From Proteromonas lacertae (Eukaryota), in assembly GCA_002245135.1 (NCBI GenBank), contig NGBS01000610.1, positions 56,496 to 76,495 on the forward strand: a DNA stretch of 20,000 nt, in the 5' to 3' direction. Below, in pieces: positions 1-9,811 of the stretch (its first letter is position 1; every line of letters starts with the position of its first letter). The notes under the pieces were generated by a model. The model saw only the letters and a program-made list of their open reading frames with translations, had not been told where the DNA came from and ran no database searches. The position numbers and the translations under genes were made by a program.

Positions 1-2620
1 TACCATTTATCTCAACATTTACTTTAGTGTAGACATATTTCTCTTCAGTTTTTGGAGCATTTATTGTATATTTATAACCATCATAAACAAAAAGATCAGT
101 TTTTGCATTTTCACCTTTTATTTGATATCCAACTTCATTAGAATATATTGGTCTGATATTTTGAATTTCTACATCTTTATTAAACTTTATTCGATCTATT
201 TCACCCCAACCACCTGTTGCTTTATTCATTTCTTTAAATGTCAATTTATAAGAAACACTATTTAATCCACTCAAATCATTCAAATTTTTAATATAATCAC
301 CCATATCTGTTTCTACTGTCATTACTAAATCGTTTGGAACAACTCCTTTAAAATCTACAAATACATAGTCTATTTCAGTTAAATATAAAACTGGATAAAC
401 AAGCCATTCATCAGATTTAAGAGATACTGGATATAACATTGATCCAAATGAATATTTGTCATTTGGTATTGCAGCTGGAGACAGTTCTATTTCATTATTA
501 TCATTATATTCAAAAGCAACTCGATTTCCATTTTCATTATGATAAAGAACAAATGCATTATAATATGTCACTTTTCCATCTTTATCTTCAACTATTACAA
601 CTCCTTCAGCAAATCCATCAGTTTCAAATGCAGGTAATAACTCAATAAACGTTTTATCAACCACTTTTAATTCTCTTTTATTACCAAAGAAATCAGTTAC
701 ATAAGCTCTTCCACCTTCAGGTACAACTATATTACTACCATATATCAAATTATTAATTCCCAAATCTTCAACTGGAGAACTTGCATCATTCAATTTGGAT
801 CTTTTAACTGAAGCATATTGATAATTCTTTCTACCAAGACCTGAATAGTATTGTCCATCCATTGTTACTGTTATACATTTAGAGCCATTATCACCGTAAC
901 ATACTTTGGATTTTGACAAATCATTACCACTATATGAAACAATTACTTTTCTTCCTTTAACAAATTCATTTTTCTCTGTATATACTCGAGGAACATTCTT
1001 GTTTCGATTGTTTTCATTAACAATATAATACCAACCATTTGGTTTTGTTGATGGTTTGTTGCATGTATAACCACTTTCATCAGAATTCTTTTTACAGTTA
1101 TGAAAACTTGGAGAAAATTTTAAAGAAGGTAAACCACTTGGAGGAGTTGATGGAGGAGATGGTTTTTTGTTTGGATAACATTCTATCTCCACTTCAGCAT
1201 AACTTGCTTCATCATAGTTTCTCTTGTCTTCTTTCACTATTGCTTCTTCTAAACTCTCTTTCAACACTGACTTATAAATTTTAGTCACTCTAATTCTTAA
1301 TGTTCCAGTATCAAAATCAGATGGATAGTAATCAACTCCTGGTAATAATGAACTGTCAGCTAAAGAATTAATCTTGTCAATATTTGCATCTAAATAATTA
1401 CTGTATCTACTTCCACCAATTAACAGTCTTATTCCAAAGTCTTTAGCACTTTGAAGTGTTGGATTTTGTTTATATTCTAAGATCAATGTACCAGATGTTC
1501 CTGAAGTTCCTGTATATTTAGAGGTAAAACTGGTATTCACTAATATTCGAATAGATATACAGTTATATTTGAACGGAATTCCATCAAATACTTCTTCATC
1601 ATTGTGATATGATTCATTTTTACCTAAAAAGTATCTCGAATATGGATGATCATTTGCATAAATTCTATATTTATGAACTCCAGTTTCAATATCTTTGTAT
1701 TGCCACAGCTCTGGTCTGTTTTGTACTATTATTTCTCTATATTCAGAAGTTGGAACAGGATATTTCCATGAGTTACAATTACCCATATATGATCCACAAT
1801 CATTATAATTATCAACAACATCAAAATTATAGAAATTACCTGTTTTATCTACTGTCTTTATACCACTATGATCAAGTCCACAACTATGACCATACTCATG
1901 AATTAGTACTCTCACTCGAGTATTCTCAATATCATCACCAACTTCAATATTTCCTTTAGATATTAACCAAGAATTTTCATTTTTATTTGCAATTTTTGCT
2001 GGAGTTCCTGCTAGTGCCAGACCTGACCATGAAACAGGGAAAGTATCTGTAATATACCATTGAACTCCTACATTAGGAATTGGCTTAGTCTTTTTTGCTT
2101 CTTTTGACAATTCTAACATTAATTTCCAAATATTATCACTGTCATATAAAGCTCTACTTACTGATAGACAGTCACTAATATATAAATCATCTCCTTGATA
2201 TATTCTGATTTGATTGGCTGACCATAATCTCATTCCTAACTCCACATATTTCACATAACTTCTAATTCTATCTATAGAATAGCATATAGAAGGATTATCT
2301 TTATTAGCACCTCTCAATATAGCTACATGTAACATTGTGTTAAACATTGGCGAGTATGATCCAGTTGATAATTCGATTTTCGGTTCAGGTAAAGGAAAGA
2401 AGTGTAGAAGGGTTATTTCATGATCAATTATATCAAATGTGGCTATACCTTTACCAGCACGTAATTTGAACTCTTCTGAATTCATAACCTTATTTAAGTA
2501 ATCTTGTTTATATTTTAAATATACACCTCCATGAGTATCAAAAGCAGCATCTACGGTGGCATTAGTGATTCTTTCTCCACATATCACAGTAACAAACAAA
2601 AAGAATAAAAAAAAATTCAT
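1..2620 (-). CDS. Secreted metzincin zinc metalloprotease (M11/gametolysin-like motif spacing), intronless within the window, >=873 aa, 3' end outside the window
   Basis: Manual translation from ATG at 2620 is open to base 1; it is absent from the ORF track because there is no stop in the window. N-terminus MNFFLFFLFVTVICG looks like a signal peptide. HEYGHSCGLDH (1900..1868) matches HExxHxxGxxH. Downstream YNDCGSYMG is a candidate Met-turn. A Pro/Ser linker (PSPPSTPPSG) precedes a beta-rich C-terminal region. The M11 assignment is an inference. Confidence 0.88.
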   Translation of the reverse strand, partial: MNFFLFFLFVTVICGERITNATVDAAFDTHGGVYLKYKQDYLNKVMNSEEFKLRAGKGIATFDIIDHEITLLHFFPLPEPKIELSTGSYSPMFNTMLHVAILRGANKDNPSICYSIDRIRSYVKYVELGMRLWSANQIRIYQGDDLYISDCLSVSRALYDSDNIWKLMLELSKEAKKTKPIPNVGVQWYITDTFPVSWSGLALAGTPAKIANKNENSWLISKGNIEVGDDIENTRVRVLIHEYGHSCGLDHSGIKTVDKTGNFYNFDVVDNYNDCGSYMGNCNSWKYPVPTSEYREIIVQNRPELWQYKDIETGVHKYRIYANDHPYSRYFLGKNESYHNDEEVFDGIPFKYNCISIRILVNTSFTSKYTGTSGTSGTLILEYKQNPTLQSAKDFGIRLLIGGSRYSNYLDANIDKINSLADSSLLPGVDYYPSDFDTGTLRIRVTKIYKSVLKESLEEAIVKEDKRNYDEASYAEVEIECYPNKKPSPPSTPPSGLPSLKFSPSFHNCKKNSDESGYTCNKPSTKPNGWYYIVNENNRNKNVPRVYTEKNEFVKGRKVIVSYSGNDLSKSKVCYGDNGSKCITVTMDGQYYSGLGRKNYQYASVKRSKLNDASSPVEDLGINNLIYGSNIVVPEGGRAYVTDFFGNKRELKVVDKTFIELLPAFETDGFAEGVVIVEDKDGKVTYYNAFVLYHNENGNRVAFEYNDNNEIELSPAAIPNDKYSFGSMLYPVSLKSDEWLVYPVLYLTEIDYVFVDFKGVVPNDLVMTVETDMGDYIKNLNDLSGLNSVSYKLTFKEMNKATGGWGEIDRIKFNKDVEIQNIRPIYSNEVGYQIKGENAKTDLFVYDGYKYTINAPKTEEKYVYTKVNVEING

Positions 2621-2686
2621 TTTTGTAACGGATATTTAAGAAAATTTTGAGTAAAAACACAAATAATCATAATAACAACATAATAC

Positions 2687-4595
2687 TTAAGCAAATGAAA
2701 AAGAATTACTCAAAGATGTATCTGAAGGGAAAAATTCTTCTTTGTAATTATAATTCAAAGGTAATATCTTCTGTTTCGTATCTACCTTCATATGATTCAC
2801 TATTAATGATGCATAACTACCATCACAATAATCATTAACATTATAATAACTGATTTCTAATTTCTTCTGGAAATTTCTAGTAAATACAGTAACATCACTT
2901 AAATAGTGATTTAATAAAGATTCTAATTCCCAAAGTGAACTATTACCAGCATTTGTATCTTCATCTAATTCTAATGAATAATTATATGGGTCAGACTTAT
3001 ATAAATCATTAACATTGAAGTTAGAGGGTGGTGAAGTAGTATATTCACTTTTATTGTCTTTGTTATCATCATTTTCTTCATCATTATCATCTTCATTATT
3101 TTGTTTATTTTTCAATTTATCAATCTTTTCTATTTTCTTTTTCAATCTATCAAAAAATGATTTCTTTTCATTATCATTATCACGATGTAGTAAACAATAA
3201 GCAGGTTGATGTTTTACAATTAAATTGTATATAACAGGTAATATAAAAAGTAAAATATCAGGTGGTACAAATAATGAAATATGTGACAATTTTTTAATGA
3301 ATGATAAAATCAAATTCGCTGATAAATGAGATGACATTAAAAATTGGTTTAATAAATTTAAAAATTTAGCTTTATTTCTATTTAACAATAATAATCATAA
3401 TAAATATACTTCATCATAAACAAGGAAGGTTCTAATACATGATATAATTGGTTATAAAACAATGGATAATCTAAACCATATTCATTCATTAATATATATA
3501 ATGATTCTAATGACAATACTGAATAATATCCACCAATTGAATAACACCTTGTTAGAAAATCGGATAGAAGAAGTGGATTTAATAGATTATATAATATATC
3601 ATTTGATAATATCTTTAATATTTGTTTGTATTTATTCTATTCATTATATATATTTATTTATACTTGAGATAATGGAAGTGATAAATATGAAATCCAACAA
3701 TTCGAATAGAGTGCTTTAAATGCATTTTGATTGAGGAATTTCAATGTTGATTTTTTTATATCTTGAGGTGGTAAATCAATCTATATAATATAATATAATA
3801 TAATATAATACAAATATCAGTGGTAATTCATCTTCTTTTAATATAGTTTGTTTGATTGTTAAAAGTTTATATCCATTTTCTATTATTCTTTCAATATCAT
3901 AAATATCTTTATTATTTTTGCTATTTTCTTCAGTTTTTCTTTTCTTTTTTGGATTTTCTATCACTTGTGATGATTGGAATTTTTCTAAAATATTATAATA
4001 ATATTTTAATGCATAATATTTGATATCTTCATATTTATTATAATATTCGTTATAAAATATCACTCTACAACTTTCAGGTAATGGATTAAATTCATCTTTT
4101 TTAAACATACTAGTTACTATTGTATTGAGTATCTCATTTTCGTCGTATTTTGCAGAATCAGTCATTTTACTTAAAAATGTCAATAATACACGTATTGATG
4201 CTTCTTGTAGTTTGGTTGAATGAGTAGCAGTAAGGAAAGATGCTAGTATTTCAGTACATTTATTATATCTTTCTTGTAACCATGATCTGTATTTTTCTAA
4301 TGCATCTTTCAGTGTACCTGATACTTTGTTAGACACGGAGCTCATTGATCCTTTGTCGAATAGATGTACAAAAGTATTTCTACAAGCATTTAATGCATGG
4401 AATGCTATATTCTAGTAAAACAATAATATAAAATGACATACTTCATCATCATTACTTAAATATTCAATCAATTGGTTTAAGTCTAAATGATATTGTGAAT
4501 CTTATACTATTAGTATTTTGAACACTTGTTTTGATGTTCTCTTCACATTTTAAAATGATTGATTTAATTTTTGGATCGATATTGCTTGTTGACAT
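2687..4595 (-). CDS. NOC4: Nucleolar complex protein 4 (CBF/Mak21 family, 40S biogenesis), about 587 aa, 5 introns
   Basis: GT-AG introns at 4483-4507, 4412-4441, 3781-3811, 3637-3663 and 3378-3409 give a continuous frame from MSTSNIDPK. Contains NPLLLSDFLTRCYSIGG, LDYPLFYNQLY, SSHLS..LI.SFIKKL and SSLWEL..L..HY, which are typical of Noc4. Confidence 0.9.
3781..3811 (-). repeat. NOC4 intron composed almost entirely of a (TTATA)n microsatellite
   Basis: Minus strand reads GTATTATATTATATTATATTATATTATATAG. Confidence 0.85.
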
Positions 4596-4665
4596 CAAGA
4601 AAATGACAGAAATGAATTTCGAGGTTCGATCAGATCGTGATCATTTTTTATCATTTTCTCTACAA
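4596..4665. promoter_or_regulatory. 70-bp bidirectional promoter region between NOC4 and NLE1
   Basis: Divergent ATGs at 4595 (-) and 4666 (+). Contains three closely spaced GATC (gatcagatcgtgatc). The regulatory role is inferred from position only. Confidence 0.6.
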
Positions 4666-6237
4666 ATGAGTGAAAACCCAGCTAAAAGAAGAAAAACTTC
4701 AGAAACAGAATCTGTAGAGCCATCCTCAATGATCATAACATTGAAAGGACCAGATGTATCAAACCATTTTTTAAAATCTTTATAGGGTGAGATAACAGGG
4801 CCACAAATGGATTTGCCATTATCCACAACGCCACAACAATTGGAACAACTATGTAATCAGTTATTAAACAATGAAGAATCAGTTCCATATGCTTTCTATG
4901 TAGGTGAAGATGAAATAATGACATCAATTCAGCAAATTGTCGATCAAAATGTATGTATATTCATTAAAATTAACATAAATAGAATATATCAACAGAAACT
5001 GTATTAGAAATAAGATATCAACCTCTGTCAATATTCCGTGTAATGCCTGTCACTCGTTGCACAGATACATTACCTGGTCATACAGAAGCAGTATTACATG
5101 TTTCATTTAGTCCAAATGGCAAAATCCTTGGTTCTGGAGGAGGTGATTGTGTAGTACGATTTTGGGATGTATATACATCAACTCCATTATTTGAATGTAA
5201 AGGACATAAAAATCACGTATTATCAACAGCTTGGTCTCCATCTGGACATTATTTCATTTCTGGTGATAGAAATGGAGCAATAATCGTATGGAACCCTAAA
5301 GCAGGTAAGAAGAAAAACCCTGTACTACTCGGACACAAAGGATATATCACTTATTTATGTTTTGAACCATTACATTTAAACAAAAAGTGTAATCGTTTTG
5401 CATCAAGTTCTAAAGATGCCACTGTTATTATATGGAATATTTCTACCATGTCTAAAGAATTTCTAATATCAGGTCATTCATCTTCGATTGAATGTGTGAA
5501 ATGGGGAGGAGAAGGATTGATTTATACAGCTTCTAGGGATAGAATTATTAGAGTATGGGATGCTGAAGAGAAAGGAAAACTGGTAAGAACCCTAGTGGGA
5601 CATGCACATAGAATTAATTCATTAGCTTTGAATACAGATTATATATTGAAAAGAGGTGGATATACACATGAAGATAAAGTATATAACAACAATAATATAA
5701 ACAATAATACGATAGATGAAGAAATGTATAATGATTCTGTAAAATTATATACAGAGTATATGAAAGGTAAAAATGAGTTGTTAGTAAGTTGTAGTGATGA
5801 TTTTACTCTTTATTTATGGAAGCCAACAATCGATAAACAGCCAATCTGTCGAATGACAGGACATCAACAGTTAGTTAATCATATATCATTTTCACCAGAT
5901 GGAAGATATATAGCAAGCGCTAGTTTTGATAAAAAAATAAAAATTTGGGATGGAACAACAGGTAAATTCATTAATACACTGACAGGTCATGTTGGTGCTG
6001 TATATCAAGTATGTTGGTCTGCGGATAGTAGATTATTAGCATCTGCATCAAAAGATAGTACTGTAAAGTTGTGGAAACCATCTAATTCTCATGCTTTCTG
6101 CACTTTACCAGGTCATGCTGATGAAGTATATACATTGGATTGGAGTGGTGATGGAGAAAGAGTAGCAAGTGGTAGTAAAGATAGAACTATAAAAATGTAT
6201 ATCATATTTATTTTTATTGAATAGATGGAGGCATTAG
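4666..6237 (+). CDS. NLE1: Notchless/Rsa4 WD40 ribosome assembly factor (60S biogenesis), about 493 aa, 3 introns
   Basis: Introns 4756-4785, 4951-4982 and 6197-6224. N-terminal NLE/UBL domain (QLEQLCNQLL...PYAFYV, YQPLSIFRVMPVTRC), WD40 repeats with SCSDDFTLYLW and RMTGHQQLVNHISFSPDGRYIASASFDK, and C-terminus IKIWRH*. Confidence 0.96.
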
Positions 6238-6397
6238 ACTAACTGTAAAGTGTTTTTTCTCGAAAATTATCTTTTTAGAATTTGTTATTTTTAATTATTA
6301 TTGAATATATGTTTAATACAGAAAAAAAGAAAAAATACACTAAAATATAGCCGTTTTGATTTTACAGTAGAGATTTTTTTGCTTTTTCTAATCAAAG

Positions 6398-7092
6398 ATG
6401 AGTGGTAAAGGTATATTGGTTTTTACAAATGAATAGAATTTTTAAAATGTATGAGTGGAATTAATCAAATGGGAAAAGTAATACAATCTAAGTATATTTT
6501 TTATTATGAGGATATATAGGGTAGATAAAATTAATATAAGATGCAATAAATTGAAAAAATTGTATCAAGCTGCTCCACAAGCATATAAGAAGACTTATGA
6601 AGATTTGATCAAACAACAGCTATTTCACTTGAAAAAATGAAAGAAATATTAACCAATATAAACAAATTATCTTCAACAATTGAAACATGTAATGAAAAAA
6701 TAAAAAATACAACAAAATTAAAATTAAAAGAATCAGAAATAAGCGAAATGGCAAAAGAAATTAATGTGGATGTAAAAACTTTTAATGCTACATATAGTAA
6801 GGTAAAAGACTTAGCTGAAGAAATTGATGGAAATATAAATGTGAATGTAGAAGGAGAGATGAATGAAGAATTTAACGAATTTATGAATAGTGAGGCAAGT
6901 GCTTCTGATGTTATTAACGATCCGACCAAATTAATGGAAGAAGCGAATAATATGTTAAGTTCTTTAGGAGTAAGTGGTATGTTACCAACAGAAGTTAATG
7001 ACCCTACTCCAGCGCTTGCAGCTGTTCCATCTGCAGTTCCAGAAACTAAACATGAAGAGAAGAAAGAAGTTGCAGTAGATTTTGACTATTAA
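6398..7092 (+). CDS. Coiled-coil paralog A (putative divergent ESCRT-III/Snf7-like), about 213 aa; needs one extra base near 6618
   Basis: Introns 6411-6436 and 6492-6519. The frame breaks at aaacaaca^gctatt; adding one A gives LIKQQAISLEKMKE. Basic helical N-half, acidic C-half and a Pro-rich tail. IQSKVDKIN resembles IQSKIEKLN of paralog F. Confidence 0.65.
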
Positions 7093-7260
7093 TTGATTAG
7101 AAATTGTTTATTGATAGTTTATTATTTTTATGTAAAATATGTATTTGTTTATGTTAATAATTTGATTGATATAAAGCATTTTAAAGAGAAAAACAACCAT
7201 AATATTCTAATATATTCAAATTACAATATACATAAATAATTCACAAAAAATGACTAATAC

Positions 7261-7839
7261 TTATGTCTTCATAGCTATACCTTGAATTGGTGGGAGATGA
7301 CCAGCTGTTTAATATAATATAACATAATATATACGCTGTTCTGGAATATTTGTTGAGATTCTTCTTGGACTTAATATTCTTGACTTTCTAGGAGTCATCC
7401 ATGCAGCAGCAGGTGGTAAAACATCGCTTTCATTTATCATAGGTATTAATTCTATTGGTCTATTGGCTCTAACAGGTTGATATCTTGGTGATCTTCTAAA
7501 TAAACTAACTATATTATAATTATACATAGGGGATTTACTCAAATTAACATTATTATATCTCGGAGAATGTTTGGGTATTGGCGAAGGATTTTTCTTTCTA
7601 TCATTTTCAAATTTTTGTAATATTGGTAAATACTGGATATAAAAAAATAAAGATACTTTAGATCCTTCCGTAGAACATTTATTTCTAAGCCAAGCTTCAT
7701 AATGATCTTTATCTCGATTTACATAACTAATTCAATTAAATGAACACATATACTAGTCTTCTCTTTGAATATTATTGGCTACAAACTGAGAAGAACGATT
7801 GTCATATGTTGTATGGGAAATAATTCCTGTATGTAACAT
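7261..7839 (-). CDS. Small basic SP/TP-rich hypothetical protein (gene B), about 155 aa
   Basis: ATG at 7839. Introns 7727-7753 and 7305-7334 are required for frame; 7633-7656 and 7496-7525 are in-frame and probable. Ends HLPPIQGIAMKT*. Several SPR/TPRK motifs; no family recognised. Confidence 0.65.
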
Positions 7840-7895
7840 ATTAAATAAAAAAAGAAAAAAAAACTGATTGAAAATCTATCCGTTTCAAATTTAAA

Positions 7896-8464
7896 ATGTA
7901 AGTTTTTTCTTTTTTAATCGTTAATAGGAGTAAAATATCAGCAGCAGATGCTATAAAATCAAATAATGAGAAGTATAAGGATGATAAAACAAAGTATATT
8001 TAGTTTTTACACTAGTTCAAAGAGCATCTGATAGTTATTTTGATATAATATACAATGAAAAGTTAATCAAGAAAAATCCAAATGATCCACAGAAAGTATT
8101 GTGGGAAACAAAAATAGCTGATCAAAGATCAGCATTTGTAAGGTCAAAAGAAAATGCTAAAAAGGTAATCAATAATATGGGGGTTGTGTATGAGATAGAG
8201 TATAAATTTTGATTGTATTATAAAAATAGTGATAAAAAAGAATTGTTAGATGCAATGAAAAAATACTGTGATGAAATTGATGAAGTAATGAAGTATATTT
8301 AATATTTGATGATTATATGTAATAGAGAATTTCGTGACTTACAAAAAAGTGATGATAAGAATAAAGATGTAATAGAAGGAATAATGAGTGATGTACAAGA
8401 AGGAACTGATGCAATGAACGAATTATTGAATATACAAATGAATGAAGAAGTAGAATATAATTAA
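7896..8464 (+). CDS. Coiled-coil paralog C, about 148 aa, 4 introns, start codon split by an intron
   Basis: AT|intron 7898-7927|G. Further introns 7994-8022 (AAG acceptor), 8200-8229 and 8293-8325, with a 63-nt exon at 8230-8292. Protein MSKISAADAIKS...KDVIEGIMSDVQEGTDAMNELLNIQMNEEVEYN*. Confidence 0.7.
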
Positions 8465-8473
8465 TCACTGTAT

Positions 8474-9129
8474 TTATGCTGTTTCTAATGCTTTTACTCT
8501 TTGTGGTTGTGCTGCAGCTGGTGCTATTGTATCTGTGACATTTAAATTAGCCATTAAAGCAGCAATGTTGAAATCAGCAGCTTCTTCTGGTTTATCTGAT
8601 AAAACTGCTGTATTTTCTGTTCTTTCCATTTCTGTACTAAGTTCTTGAATTTGTTCAGAATTCTCTTGTATTTCATCCAACAATTTGTCTAATTCTTGAT
8701 CAACCTTTTGTTGTTTTCTCAATTCTCTATTTTAACGTATTTTATATAAAATAAACATACTCTAATATCGGTTGAACATTAGTGATGTATTGTTCATTAA
8801 CATCTGTGAAAACTTGTTGATCTCTGAATTATTAAGGAATTTAACAAGTATAAAAATCAAAAATGATATAATAGCTGTTGAGCTGTACACATCATTTTAT
8901 GTATCCTTGGTAATTCAGTCTGTATTTTCTTTAATTTATCTATGTTAGCATTGATAGCATTTTGAGCATTTGCATCTGGATTTGGATTTTTTGCAAGTAT
9001 ATTTTGAAGTAATTTCTGAGTATTTCTGTATCTAATCAAATATAAAAACTAAAAATACTCTTCCATCTTTCCATCGAACGTCTTTTTAAGTTCTGCATAC
9101 TTTGATTCTTTATCCACAGGAACAGACAT
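8474..9129 (-). CDS. Coiled-coil paralog D (Snf7/Vps20-like features), about 182 aa, with an AT-AG U12-like intron
   Basis: Introns 9032-9058 (GT-AG), 8824-8869 (ATATCATTT...TTCCTTAAT AATTCAG) and 8727-8760 (GT-AG), with a 63-nt exon at 8761-8823. LDKLLDEIQENSEQIQELS resembles ESCRT-III helix 4. Confidence 0.75.
8824..8869 (-). other. U12-like intron with AT-AG termini (46 nt)
   Basis: Contains an in-frame TGA so it must be removed. Donor ATATCATTTT; branch-point-like TTCCTTAAT is followed by 7 nt ending in CAG. Removal restores the frame (QQLL|DQQVF). Confidence 0.75.
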
Positions 9130-9204
9130 CGTGTAAACAAAATATCAAGTTTTAAAAATCAAAAAAGGTTTGAAAAGCTTGATCTTTCTTTTCTTGATAT
9201 TTTA

Positions 9205-9735
9205 ATGCCTACTCAACAACCACCACCAGTGAATAAAGCTCAGAAACTAGTTCAACAAATTCAATTATTAGAAGAAAATGTAAACCAAAAACTTGACAGG
9301 TATAAAATTTACACTAGTCTCTTGTTATAGACTTGATAAAATCGATGTTGGCATGATTGCTTTAGCTAAAGAAGTAAAACAACCGAATATAACAAAACAA
9401 AAGCAAGATGAGATCGTTCGTCAAATCCAAAGACTTGATATACAAAGAAAAGAAACACAAAAAGGTTTAGTGAATGATATGAATAATTTAACTGCTTTAG
9501 AAAAGGTCCAATATCTTTTTTTAACTAACATCACACATTTTTACACCTTAATTGTATTTAATAACAATTACAATTATGCATTTGCATGCAAAAAGTTTAC
9601 AGAGATAGGCGCATCACTTAAAGAGTATTAATGTTTTCTCTTCTATATTTTAGTGAATTAATCCTTATACAAAAAGCTTCAGAGTTTGCTGAAAGAATAA
9701 ACCAACATACTGAAGCACTTGATGCTGATGTATAG
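9205..9735 (+). CDS. Coiled-coil paralog E, about 139 aa, with an AT-AA U12-like intron
   Basis: Introns 9300-9330, 9511-9561 and 9625-9653; internal exons of 180 and 63 nt. Aligns ungapped with F: KLVQQIQLLEENVNQKLDRL/KIYNQMQVLETNIQSKIEKL and QKGLVNDMNNLTALEKV/QKGLIIDYNTLSSIERI. Confidence 0.75.
9511..9561 (+). other. U12-like intron with probable AT-AA termini (51 nt, in-frame, no stop)
   Basis: Donor ATATCTTTTT and branch-point-like ACCTTAAT (9545-9552). An acceptor at 9561 yields the same 63-nt next exon as C and D. The nearby AC at 9564-9565 is out of frame. Confidence 0.62.
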
Positions 9736-9811
9736 TAATATTAACTAAATATATATCGATTATTATGTGTTTTTGTTATGTTATTTTCGAAATAAGTTTG
9801 ATTCTTGTTTG

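Noticed and set aside
439..1959. Plus-strand ORFs 439-648, 1039-1284 and 1609-1959
   Set aside because: Antisense shadows of the minus-strand protease, with unnatural His/Leu/Tyr-rich composition.
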